From IMG/VR virus record IMGVR_UViG_3300035182_001904: a stretch of 64,000 bases of DNA. One strand, written 5' to 3'. This DNA comes from a virus. Shown in pieces: positions 1 through 9,064 of this stretch. The notes beneath the pieces were generated by a model that was given only the letters and a program-made list of their open reading frames with translations, was not told the origin of the DNA and made no database searches. The translations under genes were made by a program, and so were the position numbers. The stretch's first letter is position 1, and each line of letters opens with the position of its first letter.

Positions 1-47
1 CGCCGAGGTGTAGGCGAAGCGCATCATGTACTCATCCCAGTCCGGCC

Positions 48-434
48 TCACGCGTGCACCCCCTGCATCGAGCGAAGCGTGCAATCGAGCGAGTGGTCGA
101 AGGGCGGGAAGCTCGACGCCAGACAGCAACGGCGACGCGCAGACTCGAGTTTCTCGGCCTTCACGAACGGGGCCGTCTGTGGCTCCGTCTCCTCGGTTAC
201 GAGGAGGAACCGTGCCTTGCCCTCTTCTGTGTTGCCCGTGAAGACCTCGAGCGTCCGCACCCACACGACACCGTCATGGCCGGAGTAGACGATGACCGGC
301 GCAAGCGTCGCTTCGTCGAGACCGGTCGCGATCACCGTGTAGCGGTTCCCGGTCTTCACATGCCGCCAGGTCTGGCCTGCACGTACCTCAGATGCGTCGA
401 GCATCCACAACGCCTGTTCCTTGGGTGTCATCAC
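48..434 (-). CDS. DUF1653-like protein
   Basis: WRHVKTGNRYTVIATGLDEAT..PVIVY..DGVVWVRTLEVF matches the DUF1653 pattern as I recall it. Confidence 0.7.
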   Translation of the reverse strand: MMTPKEQALWMLDASEVRAGQTWRHVKTGNRYTVIATGLDEATLAPVIVYSGHDGVVWVRTLEVFTGNTEEGKARFLLVTEETEPQTAPFVKAEKLESARRRCCLASSFPPFDHSLDCTLRSMQGVHA

Positions 435-453
435 CTCGTCCGTAACACGTCCA

Positions 454-639
454 TCACGCTTCGTTCAACACCTTGCGAACACACTCCTCGTAATCTTCGA
501 ACGGATGCTCCGCGAATGTTCGACCACACCCACCACAACGTTCTTTCTGCCGCTGCTCCCGCTCGAGGCGAGCGAGGGCTTTGAGGAACCGTTCGTTCCA
601 CTCACGCTGCAACCGCTTGATGGGTTGCCAGGCGCTCAC
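454..639 (-). CDS. small hypothetical protein with CxxC
   Basis: 61-aa ORF with CGGC..H..C, coupled to the upstream gene. Confidence 0.5.
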   Translation of the reverse strand: MSAWQPIKRLQREWNERFLKALARLEREQRQKERCGGCGRTFAEHPFEDYEECVRKVLNEA

Positions 640-977
640 CCCGCAACCGCCTCGTAGAGCATGAGCGGCATGCCGGTCCGCTCATCGACGTACGTCGCAG
701 CGAAGATCAGGGCGCCGGCGAAATCGAGCGCCTTGCCTGCGGGCAACCACACGAACGACCGCTTGTGGGGCTTGCCTTCGGGGTCGACCTCGAAGACCAG
801 GGCTGGCAGGGGGATCATTTCAGCCTCGGGCGGCTTTCCCATCGATGCAGGGATGATGGTGCTCGGCGGCTCGTAGCCCGTGAGGATGGTCCGAAGAACG
901 CCAGGCTCCTTCACCTCGAGCACGAACGGGGTGTAGTCCGACGAGGGCGAGTTGAGAATCTCGATCGCGCGCTTCAT
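636..977 (-). CDS. hypothetical protein
   Basis: 113-aa ORF, GC-biased codons, 4-bp overlaps with neighbours. Confidence 0.7.
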   Translation of the reverse strand: MKRAIEILNSPSSDYTPFVLEVKEPGVLRTILTGYEPPSTIIPASMGKPPEAEMIPLPALVFEVDPEGKPHKRSFVWLPAGKALDFAGALIFAATYVDERTGMPLMLYEAVAG

Positions 978-1234
978 GGATGCCTCATATCACGGACCTC
1001 GAGCTGTTCGATCCGATTCTCCAGGGATCGGACGTGTTCGTCACCCCAGAACTTGATGAGTGACGACACGATCAAGGCGATGGCGACGATGACCGCGGAC
1101 CCGCGGACGGTCTTGCGTGCCTGCGCGATGGTCTCGGGCAGAGACGCATTTTTGGCGACCGTCTCGATGGCATCTACCTGCAGGCGCAGGTTCGCGAGCC
1201 CGCGTGCAACTTGATCGACTTCGTTGGGTGCCAT
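974..1234 (-). CDS. small membrane protein (holin-like candidate)
   Basis: single hydrophobic segment SAVIVAIALIVSSLIKFWG flanked by coiled-coil-like sequence. Confidence 0.45.
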   Translation of the reverse strand: MAPNEVDQVARGLANLRLQVDAIETVAKNASLPETIAQARKTVRGSAVIVAIALIVSSLIKFWGDEHVRSLENRIEQLEVRDMRHP

Positions 1235-1238
1235 CGCA

Positions 1239-1562
1239 TCACGGCTTCACGATGGCGATCTCATCGGTCTCGTAGGCGATGAGGTAGGCGCGTTTGTACA
1301 TGCTGGGCAGATCCAAGCTCGAGGATTGCTGCACCCGCATGTTGTCGATGACGTTCTCCATCGCCATGAGCGCGATGTTGATCGAGGTGGGGATGACGAT
1401 CCGGATGGGCAGGTGTGTGATCGGGAGCGACAGGGAATCGCCCACGGGTGAAGGCGCGGGGGCTGCAGGCGCTGCGAACCGCGACACCATGCCCTTGGTG
1501 GAGACCGTGACGCCGCGCCCGGTGGCGACGCCCTTTGAGCCAAGAGGTCCGCCGGCGCTCAC
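1239..1562 (-). CDS. putative virion-associated protein
   Basis: coupled to the upstream structural gene; Gly/Ala/Pro-rich. Confidence 0.5.
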   Translation of the reverse strand: MSAGGPLGSKGVATGRGVTVSTKGMVSRFAAPAAPAPSPVGDSLSLPITHLPIRIVIPTSINIALMAMENVIDNMRVQQSSSLDLPSMYKRAYLIAYETDEIAIVKP

Positions 1563-3145
1563 TGCCGCACCACCCGATGAGTCGCGATCTTGTTCGGCCC
1601 CACGTACGTCGTCGTCACCAGGAACGTCGCGAACTCACCTTCAGCGACACCGCCGTCTGTGGCGGCTGCCGTGGCGACGCCATCACGGAAGATGCGCATC
1701 CGCGCAGCCGTCTGACCGTTCGGGCTCGTGTTGTCGGTCTGGTCCATGAAGAAGTTGCCCTGGAGCAGGCCTGCCGCGATCGCGATACCGTCGGCGATGC
1801 TGCCAACGACCGCGTGTCCCGTGAGCAACGCGTCGAGGATGGCCGCGACCGTCACCGAGGTCGAAGCAGGCAAGACGACATAGCCCAGGAGGATCCGGTC
1901 GGTGGCGAACGTGGCGGTCGTGAGCCCGGTGTTCGCGAACCGAATGCGCACGAGGCCGCCGCTCGAGTGCGAGTTGGTCAGCGCGTACTCGCCGCCATAC
2001 GCGACGGTGTCGCCGGACCCGGCAATAAAGCCGAGCTGGTCCCAGGCGAGACTTGTCCAGTTCCAGGCGTACACCTTCATGGTGTTGCCTGCCGTGTTCA
2101 AGTAGCCCATCCACTGCACAGACACGCCGGCCGCGTTGGCGATCGCTGCGATGTTGAACTCGTAGTAGAAGTCGATCGCGCCCGCGACGTCGGTGAACGT
2201 GTGGAACACGCGGTCGAGGGTGTCGGAGTTGGCGAGCACGCCGACTTCAGTACCGGACACGATCGTGCGTGAGGTCGCGATCGCGTTGAGCGCTGCACCT
2301 GTGACCGCGATGTTGGCAACCTGCTCGGCGATCGCGAGACCGTCGGACGATCCGGCCGTGGCGTTGGGGATCTGGTTGCCGACCACGGGCAGGCCCGTGT
2401 CTGCGCCTGCCGCTGCGAGGGGAATCTGGGTGCCGACCACGGGAAGGCCTGTGTTCGCACCTGCGGTTGCAAGCGGGATCTGGGTGCCGATGACAGGCAG
2501 GCCGGTGTTCGTGCCTGCGGCGGCAAGCGGGATCTGGGTGCCGACCAACGGCAGACCCCCGGCCGCGCCCGCGCTCGGCAGAGGGACTTGAACCCCGACG
2601 ACAGGGAGCCCTGCGTTCAAACCCGCGGTCGCGTTGGGCAACGAGCTGAGCCCCATGTGGACCGCGTCGTTCTTGTTGATGGCGATGATGTTGACCGTGA
2701 TCTCGTCGTTCTCTTGCGCGCCGGTCTGGCCGATTCCAGGAGCCGCCGTGATCCGAAGAGGCATGAAGCCCAACGTGTCGACCATCGCGCCTGTGAAGGC
2801 GAGATCGTACCAACCGTTGTCGCGGTCGGTGATACTGGGTGTGATCGTGAGGAAGCCTGCACCTGTCTTCTTGCTGGTGATCACCATCGCCGTAGCAAGC
2901 CCCGAGATGCCAGCGCCCGTATCTGTGCTGCGCATGTACACAGGGATCGAGACTGCGACGTTTTGTGTGACTTCGATAACCTGCATGGACTGCCTCAAGT
3001 TCGAGTTCGGAGATCGCCAAGAACCCAGGCGAGACCGTGCAGAGACGTAAAGACTGCTGGGCGTTGTACCGTCTCCCAAACGCACCACAGGCGATACGTT
3101 GATCGCGCCTGGTGACCCCATATCAACACCTGTACGAACTGTCAT
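1559..3145 (-). CDS. virion structural protein with 18-aa internal repeats
   Basis: 528 aa, Gly/Ala/Thr-rich, about six units of the form PLAxAGxNxGLPVVGTQI. Confidence 0.7.
   Translation of the reverse strand: MTVRTGVDMGSPGAINVSPVVRLGDGTTPSSLYVSARSRLGSWRSPNSNLRQSMQVIEVTQNVAVSIPVYMRSTDTGAGISGLATAMVITSKKTGAGFLTITPSITDRDNGWYDLAFTGAMVDTLGFMPLRITAAPGIGQTGAQENDEITVNIIAINKNDAVHMGLSSLPNATAGLNAGLPVVGVQVPLPSAGAAGGLPLVGTQIPLAAAGTNTGLPVIGTQIPLATAGANTGLPVVGTQIPLAAAGADTGLPVVGNQIPNATAGSSDGLAIAEQVANIAVTGAALNAIATSRTIVSGTEVGVLANSDTLDRVFHTFTDVAGAIDFYYEFNIAAIANAAGVSVQWMGYLNTAGNTMKVYAWNWTSLAWDQLGFIAGSGDTVAYGGEYALTNSHSSGGLVRIRFANTGLTTATFATDRILLGYVVLPASTSVTVAAILDALLTGHAVVGSIADGIAIAAGLLQGNFFMDQTDNTSPNGQTAARMRIFRDGVATAAATDGGVAEGEFATFLVTTTYVGPNKIATHRVVRQ
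2330..2650 (-). repeat. about 6 imperfect 54-bp (18-aa) coding repeats
   Basis: gggatctgggtgccgac recurs at 54-bp spacing; boundaries approximate. Confidence 0.8.
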
Positions 3146-4221
3146 TGGGACACCAAGCGCGTTACGCCATCACCGGGAAGAATGATGCCGGGAGCAATCG
3201 CCCAGAACTGCTTGTCGCCGTATGAATCCAAGAATTCAGGAAGGCCAGCCACGTTGGTAATCGAAGACCAGTGGTCAATCTTCGTGCCTAGCTTACCGTC
3301 TGCGGATGCGTTCCGGGCGCCCATCGTTGTGGGGAAGATGAGTTGACCCTTGTGGCCTTGCAGGGCTGGTTTTTCTGCACTCCAGAATTGCGCGCCCCCG
3401 TTGACAGCCCCAACCGCGCCACCCGGCTGTTCCCCGCCGATGGTGGCTAGCGCGTTAGTATCGGCGCCCCCTGCACGCACACGACACAGGTCTGCAACAC
3501 TGGACCCTGTATAGATCACGTTTAAAATAGTTGCGAGGGAGTAGATTCGACCACCGTTTCCGTTGCCGCCTTGATAGTACGTTTTGATAGCGCCAACGGT
3601 GCCCCCGCCCGTGCCCAGCGTAAAAGAAGCGGGCGCTATAAGGGCGCTCGTAAACTTTTCACCGGCGATATAGGCGCAAAAAGCGTGTCCCGTCACACCC
3701 AGATTGGCACCAGTGGCCGTGACAAGACGCCACATCTTCTTGTCGCTCGAGCCCCACATGTGCCAAACCGTATCCGAAGGCCGTGAAGTATTATTTGCGT
3801 TGACCCATTCACTGGAAGCAACGTCAAAACACTCGTCGGACGCAGTCGGTTGTTGATTGGGAGTGGCAGCGGCTACATAGTTTCCGCCTGTCGAGTGTGC
3901 CAACCGAACGATTGCGTCAGATGACGAGTTAAACGAGAAGCACCAGTCGATGCCCGCGCCGTCGGTCAGGACGATCCAAGACATCGCGCCGGCAGCCCCG
4001 TTGTTACGGGTCGCCCATGTGGTCGCACTGGTGATACGGTCAACACCGTCCATGGCGCCGGTCGTACCGTCGCACGAGCCCTTGACGGTGTACCCCATCG
4101 TCGTTTTCAAGAAGTTCTTGAGCGAGAAGACCAGGTCACCCATCGTTCGAATGATCGACACGAAGATCGATCGATTGTTGAACGACATCGTCCAAGTCTG
4201 CGTGACGGTAGGAAGACCCAT
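3142..4221 (-). CDS. virion protein, paralogue 3 of a tandem triplet
   Basis: MGLPTVTQTWTMSFNNR..KGSCDGTTGAMDGVDR..WHMWGSSDKKMWR shared with both neighbours. Confidence 0.75.
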   Translation of the reverse strand: MGLPTVTQTWTMSFNNRSIFVSIIRTMGDLVFSLKNFLKTTMGYTVKGSCDGTTGAMDGVDRITSATTWATRNNGAAGAMSWIVLTDGAGIDWCFSFNSSSDAIVRLAHSTGGNYVAAATPNQQPTASDECFDVASSEWVNANNTSRPSDTVWHMWGSSDKKMWRLVTATGANLGVTGHAFCAYIAGEKFTSALIAPASFTLGTGGGTVGAIKTYYQGGNGNGGRIYSLATILNVIYTGSSVADLCRVRAGGADTNALATIGGEQPGGAVGAVNGGAQFWSAEKPALQGHKGQLIFPTTMGARNASADGKLGTKIDHWSSITNVAGLPEFLDSYGDKQFWAIAPGIILPGDGVTRLVSQ

Positions 4222-5249
4222 TATGTGGACACCGGCGTAGTGGCGCCGTCTCCCGGTAGGATGATCGCGCCTCCAATTTCGACGACCACGAATTGGAGTG
4301 TACCGAACGTATCAACAAGGCCCGGAACCGTCGTGCTGTTGGTCAACACGTACCAGCTGTCAATCTTGCTTCCGAGCTTACCGTCGGCATTGGCAAGCCT
4401 GCTTCCCATTTGAGCAGGGAACATCAGTTCGCCAGTCGCACCTTGAAGTAGTGGAAGTTCTGCGTTGAAAAGCACGGCACTCGAAGCCAAGGACCCAACA
4501 CCACCACCAGGCATCTCACCGCCAATCGACGCTGCTGCGTTGATGTCTTGGTTCGTATGTACGCGGCACAGGTCTCCGAGAGCGGAGGGTGCATACGTGG
4601 CGTTGAAATTCGAGTTGAAAGTCGAACCGTTATAAAATGACTTGACCGCACCTACGGTTCCGCCACCAGTGCCCAGTGTGAAAGTTGCGGGTGAAACCAG
4701 CGCACTCGTGAACTTCTCGCCTGCTTGATACATGACGAGAGCGCTGGACCGCATGACCGTCGAGCGCCACATCTTCTTGTCGCTCGAGCCCCACATATGC
4801 CAGACCCGGTCAGCGCTAGCCGTGCTGTTTACCCAAGAACCGCTAGCCGCATCGAAACACTCGTCCGTAGCGGTGGGTTGCTGGTTCGCTGTAGCCGCGG
4901 CGACGTAGTTGCCGCCCGTCGAATGCGCCAGCCGGAAAATGTCATCGGAGGCCGAGTTGAACGAGAAGCACCAGTCGACGCCTGCGCCGTCGGTCAAGAC
5001 AAACCAGGCTTGTGAACCGGCAGCGCCGTTGTTGCGTGGTGCAACATCGGTGGCGACGGTCCAACGGTCCACACCGTCCATGGCGCCGGTACCTGCCGAG
5101 CAGGAACCCTTGACGGTCATGCCCATGGTCGTCTTCAAGAAGTCCTTGAGGGAGAGCATGTAGCTCTGCATCGCGCCAAGAACCGATACGAACGTGTATC
5201 GGTTGTTGAACGACGTCGTCCAGGTCTGTGTGACGGTAGGTAGCGCCAT
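4221..5249 (-). CDS. virion protein, paralogue 2 of a tandem triplet
   Basis: MALPTVTQTWTTSFNNR start and the same conserved blocks. Confidence 0.75.
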   Translation of the reverse strand: MALPTVTQTWTTSFNNRYTFVSVLGAMQSYMLSLKDFLKTTMGMTVKGSCSAGTGAMDGVDRWTVATDVAPRNNGAAGSQAWFVLTDGAGVDWCFSFNSASDDIFRLAHSTGGNYVAAATANQQPTATDECFDAASGSWVNSTASADRVWHMWGSSDKKMWRSTVMRSSALVMYQAGEKFTSALVSPATFTLGTGGGTVGAVKSFYNGSTFNSNFNATYAPSALGDLCRVHTNQDINAAASIGGEMPGGGVGSLASSAVLFNAELPLLQGATGELMFPAQMGSRLANADGKLGSKIDSWYVLTNSTTVPGLVDTFGTLQFVVVEIGGAIILPGDGATTPVST

Positions 5250-5252
5250 ATG

Positions 5253-6281
5253 TCAGGACGTCAGTGGGGTTGTTACGCCGTCAAGCGGCAAGATGATGCC
5301 GGGCGTGACCGTGTAGAATTGAAGGTTACCAAACACGTCACCTACGGCGGGCGTGGTTGCGCTGTTCGAGATGGAGTACCACTGGTCGAACAAGCTGCCC
5401 AACTTGCCGTCCGTGCTGGCTTGGATCGAACCTGTTTGTGTAGGGAATAACAGGATCCCGACACCACCCTGAAGAAGGGGGCGCTCGTTGTTCATGAGCG
5501 CGGAGAGGCCTGCCATGCCTCCGATAAGCTCCCCACCATTGCCTGCCTTGCAGTTGGCATCGACCGACGTATGCAACCGACACACGTCGCCTGCCGCATT
5601 GGCGACATAGCCGACCATGTTGTTAGAGGACACAGACGAGCCGCTGTAGAATGACTTGAGAGCCGCGACCGTTCCGCCGCCGACAGCAAGCGTGAACGTG
5701 GCAGGTGCGACCAGGGCGCCCGTGAACTTCTCGCCCTTGATGAAAGACGCAAGGACTCCCGTACGATAGATCGCCATGCGGAACATCTTCTTGTCGCTGC
5801 TGCCCCAGAAATGCCAGACGCGGTCCGCGCTGATGTTCCCGTTGATCCAAGACCCACTCTGGGTGTCGAAGCATTCATCCGTCGCGGTGGGTTGCTGGGC
5901 TGGAGTCCCTGCCGCAATGTAGACACCGCCTTGCGAATGCGAAAGCCGCGAGACGTCATCCGCGACGGACTGGTACGTGAACAACCAGTCGATCCCGGCG
6001 CCGTCTGTCAGGACGATCCACGACTGCGCGGCGCCCGCGATCGTCGCGCGCGTGGCCCACTTGTTCGCAGCCGTGATGCGGTTGACGCCGTCCATCGCGC
6101 CGGTCGTACCGTCACACGATCCCTTGACGGTGTACCCCATCGTCGTCGTGAGGAAGCCGCCCACGCCGACCCATGAAAACAACAAGGCGCCCATCGTCGT
6201 GATGAGCGTCGATGAACCTGTGTACACGTACCTGTTGTTGAACGAGTACGTCCATGTCTGGGTGACCGTGGGCAGCGACAT
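5253..6281 (-). CDS. virion protein, paralogue 1 of a tandem triplet
   Basis: MSLPTVTQTWTYSFNNR start and the same conserved blocks. Confidence 0.75.
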   Translation of the reverse strand: MSLPTVTQTWTYSFNNRYVYTGSSTLITTMGALLFSWVGVGGFLTTTMGYTVKGSCDGTTGAMDGVNRITAANKWATRATIAGAAQSWIVLTDGAGIDWLFTYQSVADDVSRLSHSQGGVYIAAGTPAQQPTATDECFDTQSGSWINGNISADRVWHFWGSSDKKMFRMAIYRTGVLASFIKGEKFTGALVAPATFTLAVGGGTVAALKSFYSGSSVSSNNMVGYVANAAGDVCRLHTSVDANCKAGNGGELIGGMAGLSALMNNERPLLQGGVGILLFPTQTGSIQASTDGKLGSLFDQWYSISNSATTPAVGDVFGNLQFYTVTPGIILPLDGVTTPLTS

Positions 6282-6854
6282 CTACTTGGACTCCGGCATC
6301 ACGAGCCGCGTGAGGCTATCGAAGCTGTCCTTGACGTGCGCCATCAGCTCGAGGCCCGTGAACTCGTGCCCTTGGCCGGTGCATGCGAACTGCTCGCTGG
6401 CACGACGCCGATAGATCTTCGTGCCGCACTTGGGACACGCGAGGTTGGTCTCGATGTCCGCTTCGACCGTACGTGCGTTGGTGTGCCCCAGCGGGTGCGT
6501 CACTGGAGCAGCGCCACGCTCGTGCGCCACACAGGCGGCACAGTCACGGGCGTGGGCGTCGACGTGCCACCGTCCGCCATCGAGGGGCTCGGCCTTCGAG
6601 GCCGCTTCGTCTGCCGCCTTCAGGTGGTATGGCGCATGGGCTGCGCGCACGGCGGGATCGGGCTCGGCCATCACGTGACCGTGACGCTCGAGCGAACGGG
6701 CACGCGCACGCTCTCCGCCGACGTCGACATCGATGGTCAGGCCGCATCCGGTATGGACGCGATGCGTGTGGTGCGGTCCGGTCTCGTGCTTGTCGACGCG
6801 CGCGACCGTGTGCATGGCGCCGTCGATCATGACGTGAGTCTTGGTGTGCAACAT
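6282..6854 (-). CDS. His/Cys-rich zinc-binding protein (HC3-like module plus zinc ribbon)
   Basis: ATG overlaps the upstream TGA; IDGAMH..TGCG..DCAAC followed by CPKCG..C..H. Confidence 0.65.
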   Translation of the reverse strand: MLHTKTHVMIDGAMHTVARVDKHETGPHHTHRVHTGCGLTIDVDVGGERARARSLERHGHVMAEPDPAVRAAHAPYHLKAADEAASKAEPLDGGRWHVDAHARDCAACVAHERGAAPVTHPLGHTNARTVEADIETNLACPKCGTKIYRRRASEQFACTGQGHEFTGLELMAHVKDSFDSLTRLVMPESK

Positions 6855-7357
6855 CAGCAGGGCTCCCATTTTCCGTTGGTCACATGACCATGTGCACCAC
6901 AGGTGCGGCAAAGCAAGCTTGGCATGAGCGTCAAAGGATCGACGCTCACGACCTGATGGATCGGCGTGCCGTTGAGCGGGCGGACGGCACAGAACGACTG
7001 GCAGAGCATCCCCTCGAGGCTTCGAGCATCGGGATGAGTGTGCAGCCACCCGATGAGCTGTTCGTCGCTGCCAAGCACCGCCTCGAAGATGTGCCCGTAC
7101 CCGAGGTCCAGCTTGCCTGCATGGACGAGGGGGTTCAACGGAGGCGGTGTCGGCATCGGCTTCCACGTGGGACGCCCATCGATCTCCTCGAGGTCGTCGG
7201 CGGTACGCGGCGTGGGCACTTCGAAGCCGTGGTCGACGAGGCACACGGCGCACACCGGCCGCCGAGCGAATTCGGTGCCCGGCACGTGATAGAGCTTGGT
7301 GTCGATGCGTTTGCAGTCGCACTCACCAACGCCGACGTAGACGGGACGCTCGGTCAT
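6854..7357 (-). CDS. DUF6527-like protein
   Basis: C-terminal VSVDPLTLMPSLLCRTCGAHGHVTNGKW. Confidence 0.55.
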   Translation of the reverse strand: MTERPVYVGVGECDCKRIDTKLYHVPGTEFARRPVCAVCLVDHGFEVPTPRTADDLEEIDGRPTWKPMPTPPPLNPLVHAGKLDLGYGHIFEAVLGSDEQLIGWLHTHPDARSLEGMLCQSFCAVRPLNGTPIHQVVSVDPLTLMPSLLCRTCGAHGHVTNGKWEPC

Positions 7358-8547
7358 CGCAGGCCGCCACCTGAATGCATCCCGCCGGTCTGTGCGGGCA
7401 CGCCGCCCATCCCCGGCGAGGTCTGACCCTTGCCAGGACCTTCGTGTCGTTGCGAGCGCAGCGCGTTCGTGTCCAGCGAGAAGTTGGTCTTGGGCGCGAA
7501 GTCGGTCGCGAACTTGGCAGCGTTGACGCCGAGTGCGGCTTCTTTCTTTTCGGCGTCGGCCTTGGTCTTCTCGACGATGCCGTCCGGATGCTCGTTCTGG
7601 GAGTAGACCGTGTAGAGCTTGAGCGGGTCGTCACCCGTATTGACGATGTTGTGTTGCGTGCCTGCGGGGATGATGAGCGCGGTGCCGTCGCGCATCGGAC
7701 GCTCGACGCCGTTCAAGACGGCCTTGCCCTGGCCGCCTTCGACGCGGATGAACTGGTCCGTGTTCGGATGCTTCTCGGAGCCGATGTCGCCGCCCTTGGG
7801 CAGGGACATCACGACAAGCTGCTCTTTCTTGGCGGTGTGCAGGACCTTGCGGTAGTTGTCGTTGGCGTTGGTGGCGTCGTCGATGTTGGTGATGAAGCCG
7901 GGGAAGGCGGCCTCGGCGGCCTTCTGTCCCATCGAACGTTCGACGCCCGTCAACGGGATCTCGTGGTGGTCCCGCGACGTCACGTGCGCTCGGTCGATCG
8001 TGAATCGTCCGTTGATCACAGGCAGTGGCTCTTCGGTGCGCCCAGCGTCACCGAGGTAGCCGAGCGTGATGTGCGGCGTGAACACGTGCTTGTCGCTCGG
8101 GTCGATGCCGTGGACCTTGAGGGCGCGCACCATGTCGACGTGCAGATGTTCGAGGCCAGGGGCGTCGAGCAACGCGACCAGCGCGGTGTTCCGCTTGCCT
8201 TGGGAGGCCGCGCCATCGAAGTAGCCCCAGCCCTGGATCTTCGCTTCGATGGGCTCGGCGTTCTCGCCAACCTGACGAAGTGCCGCGAGCGCGGCGTGGA
8301 CCTTCTCGGGCGGGTGGTCCTCGAGCGGCTTCTTCGTGTAGACCAGGGTGATGTGGTCGATGTCGGAGTGCTTCGCAGCGTCCGGGATGACCTTCTTCTG
8401 GATCTCGCGAAGGTTCTCAGCGACGTGCTCGGGCACACGCACGTGCACGAAGAAGGTCTTCGGGCTCGTCGAGATCTCAGCGGTCTTCTCGCGGCTGGCA
8501 GCCGAGAGGAGCTGGTCGAGGACGCCCGCAAGCGAGACGGTTCGCAC
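7354..8547 (-). CDS. 2H-phosphoesterase (2'-5' RNA ligase-like) fused to a cupin domain
   Basis: two HxT motifs (DHITLVY, PHITLGY); C-terminal cupin HPNTDQFIRVEGGQG..IIPAGTQHNIVNTG; GTG start at 8547 chosen from the promoter position. Confidence 0.8.
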   Translation of the reverse strand: MRTVSLAGVLDQLLSAASREKTAEISTSPKTFFVHVRVPEHVAENLREIQKKVIPDAAKHSDIDHITLVYTKKPLEDHPPEKVHAALAALRQVGENAEPIEAKIQGWGYFDGAASQGKRNTALVALLDAPGLEHLHVDMVRALKVHGIDPSDKHVFTPHITLGYLGDAGRTEEPLPVINGRFTIDRAHVTSRDHHEIPLTGVERSMGQKAAEAAFPGFITNIDDATNANDNYRKVLHTAKKEQLVVMSLPKGGDIGSEKHPNTDQFIRVEGGQGKAVLNGVERPMRDGTALIIPAGTQHNIVNTGDDPLKLYTVYSQNEHPDGIVEKTKADAEKKEAALGVNAAKFATDFAPKTNFSLDTNALRSQRHEGPGKGQTSPGMGGVPAQTGGMHSGGGLR

Positions 8548-8553
8548 GGGGAA

Positions 8554-8560
8554 ATTATAG
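8554..8560 (-). promoter_or_regulatory. -10 element CTATAAT, 6 nt before GTG (leaderless candidate)
   Basis: minus strand reads cTATAATttccccGTG. Confidence 0.55.
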
Positions 8561-8600
8561 GGGGTTTCAGCCCCCTTGCGTCGGGGCCAAAAAAATCCTC

Positions 8601-8607
8601 CTATCAT
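8601..8607 (+). promoter_or_regulatory. -10 element CTATCAT, 6 nt before ATG (leaderless candidate)
   Basis: cTATCATtacaagATG with no Shine-Dalgarno sequence. Confidence 0.5.
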
Positions 8608-8613
8608 TACAAG

Positions 8614-9060
8614 ATGGCGGCCAACCCCAAGACCCTGATCACCCTTCTCGTCGGGGCCATCGTCGGGATCGCGCCTGCTTGGTTCGGCTACCTCTCAAGC
8701 CACGAGGAGTTGAAGGCCAAGTATCAACAAACCCAGGACGAAGCGACCGGCGGCTATGCGGCACTCGCGACTTCCGTCAAGGAGCTGCAGACGACTGCGA
8801 CGACCCAGCACGACTACGTCGTGAAGCTCGAGGCACGGCTCGAGGCCACCGACACGTTGATCCAGTCACTGTTCGCGAAGCTCAACACGGCGCCCGTAGC
8901 AAGCGTGCACCGTCCCGCGCCCGTAGCAAGCGGGCACCGTCCCGCGCCCGTCGACACGTACAAGCAGCCGTTGCCTGTGCCGACGCCCGATCGTCCGAAG
9001 TTCAGGGACCTGCCGCGCGACTTTCCTGACGCTGCGGCGGAGTTCGCACCCAAGAGGTAA
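8614..9060 (+). CDS. membrane-anchored coiled-coil protein (lysis or spanin-like candidate)
   Basis: N-terminal hydrophobic helix LITLLVGAIVGIAPAWFGY, coiled coil, Pro-rich tail. Confidence 0.6.
   Translation: MAANPKTLITLLVGAIVGIAPAWFGYLSSHEELKAKYQQTQDEATGGYAALATSVKELQTTATTQHDYVVKLEARLEATDTLIQSLFAKLNTAPVASVHRPAPVASGHRPAPVDTYKQPLPVPTPDRPKFRDLPRDFPDAAAEFAPKR
8890..8951 (+). repeat. 27-bp tandem repeat, about 2.3 copies
   Basis: gcgcccgtagcaagcg(t/g)gcaccgtccc twice, then gcgcccgt. Confidence 0.85.
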
Positions 9061-9064
9061 CGTC

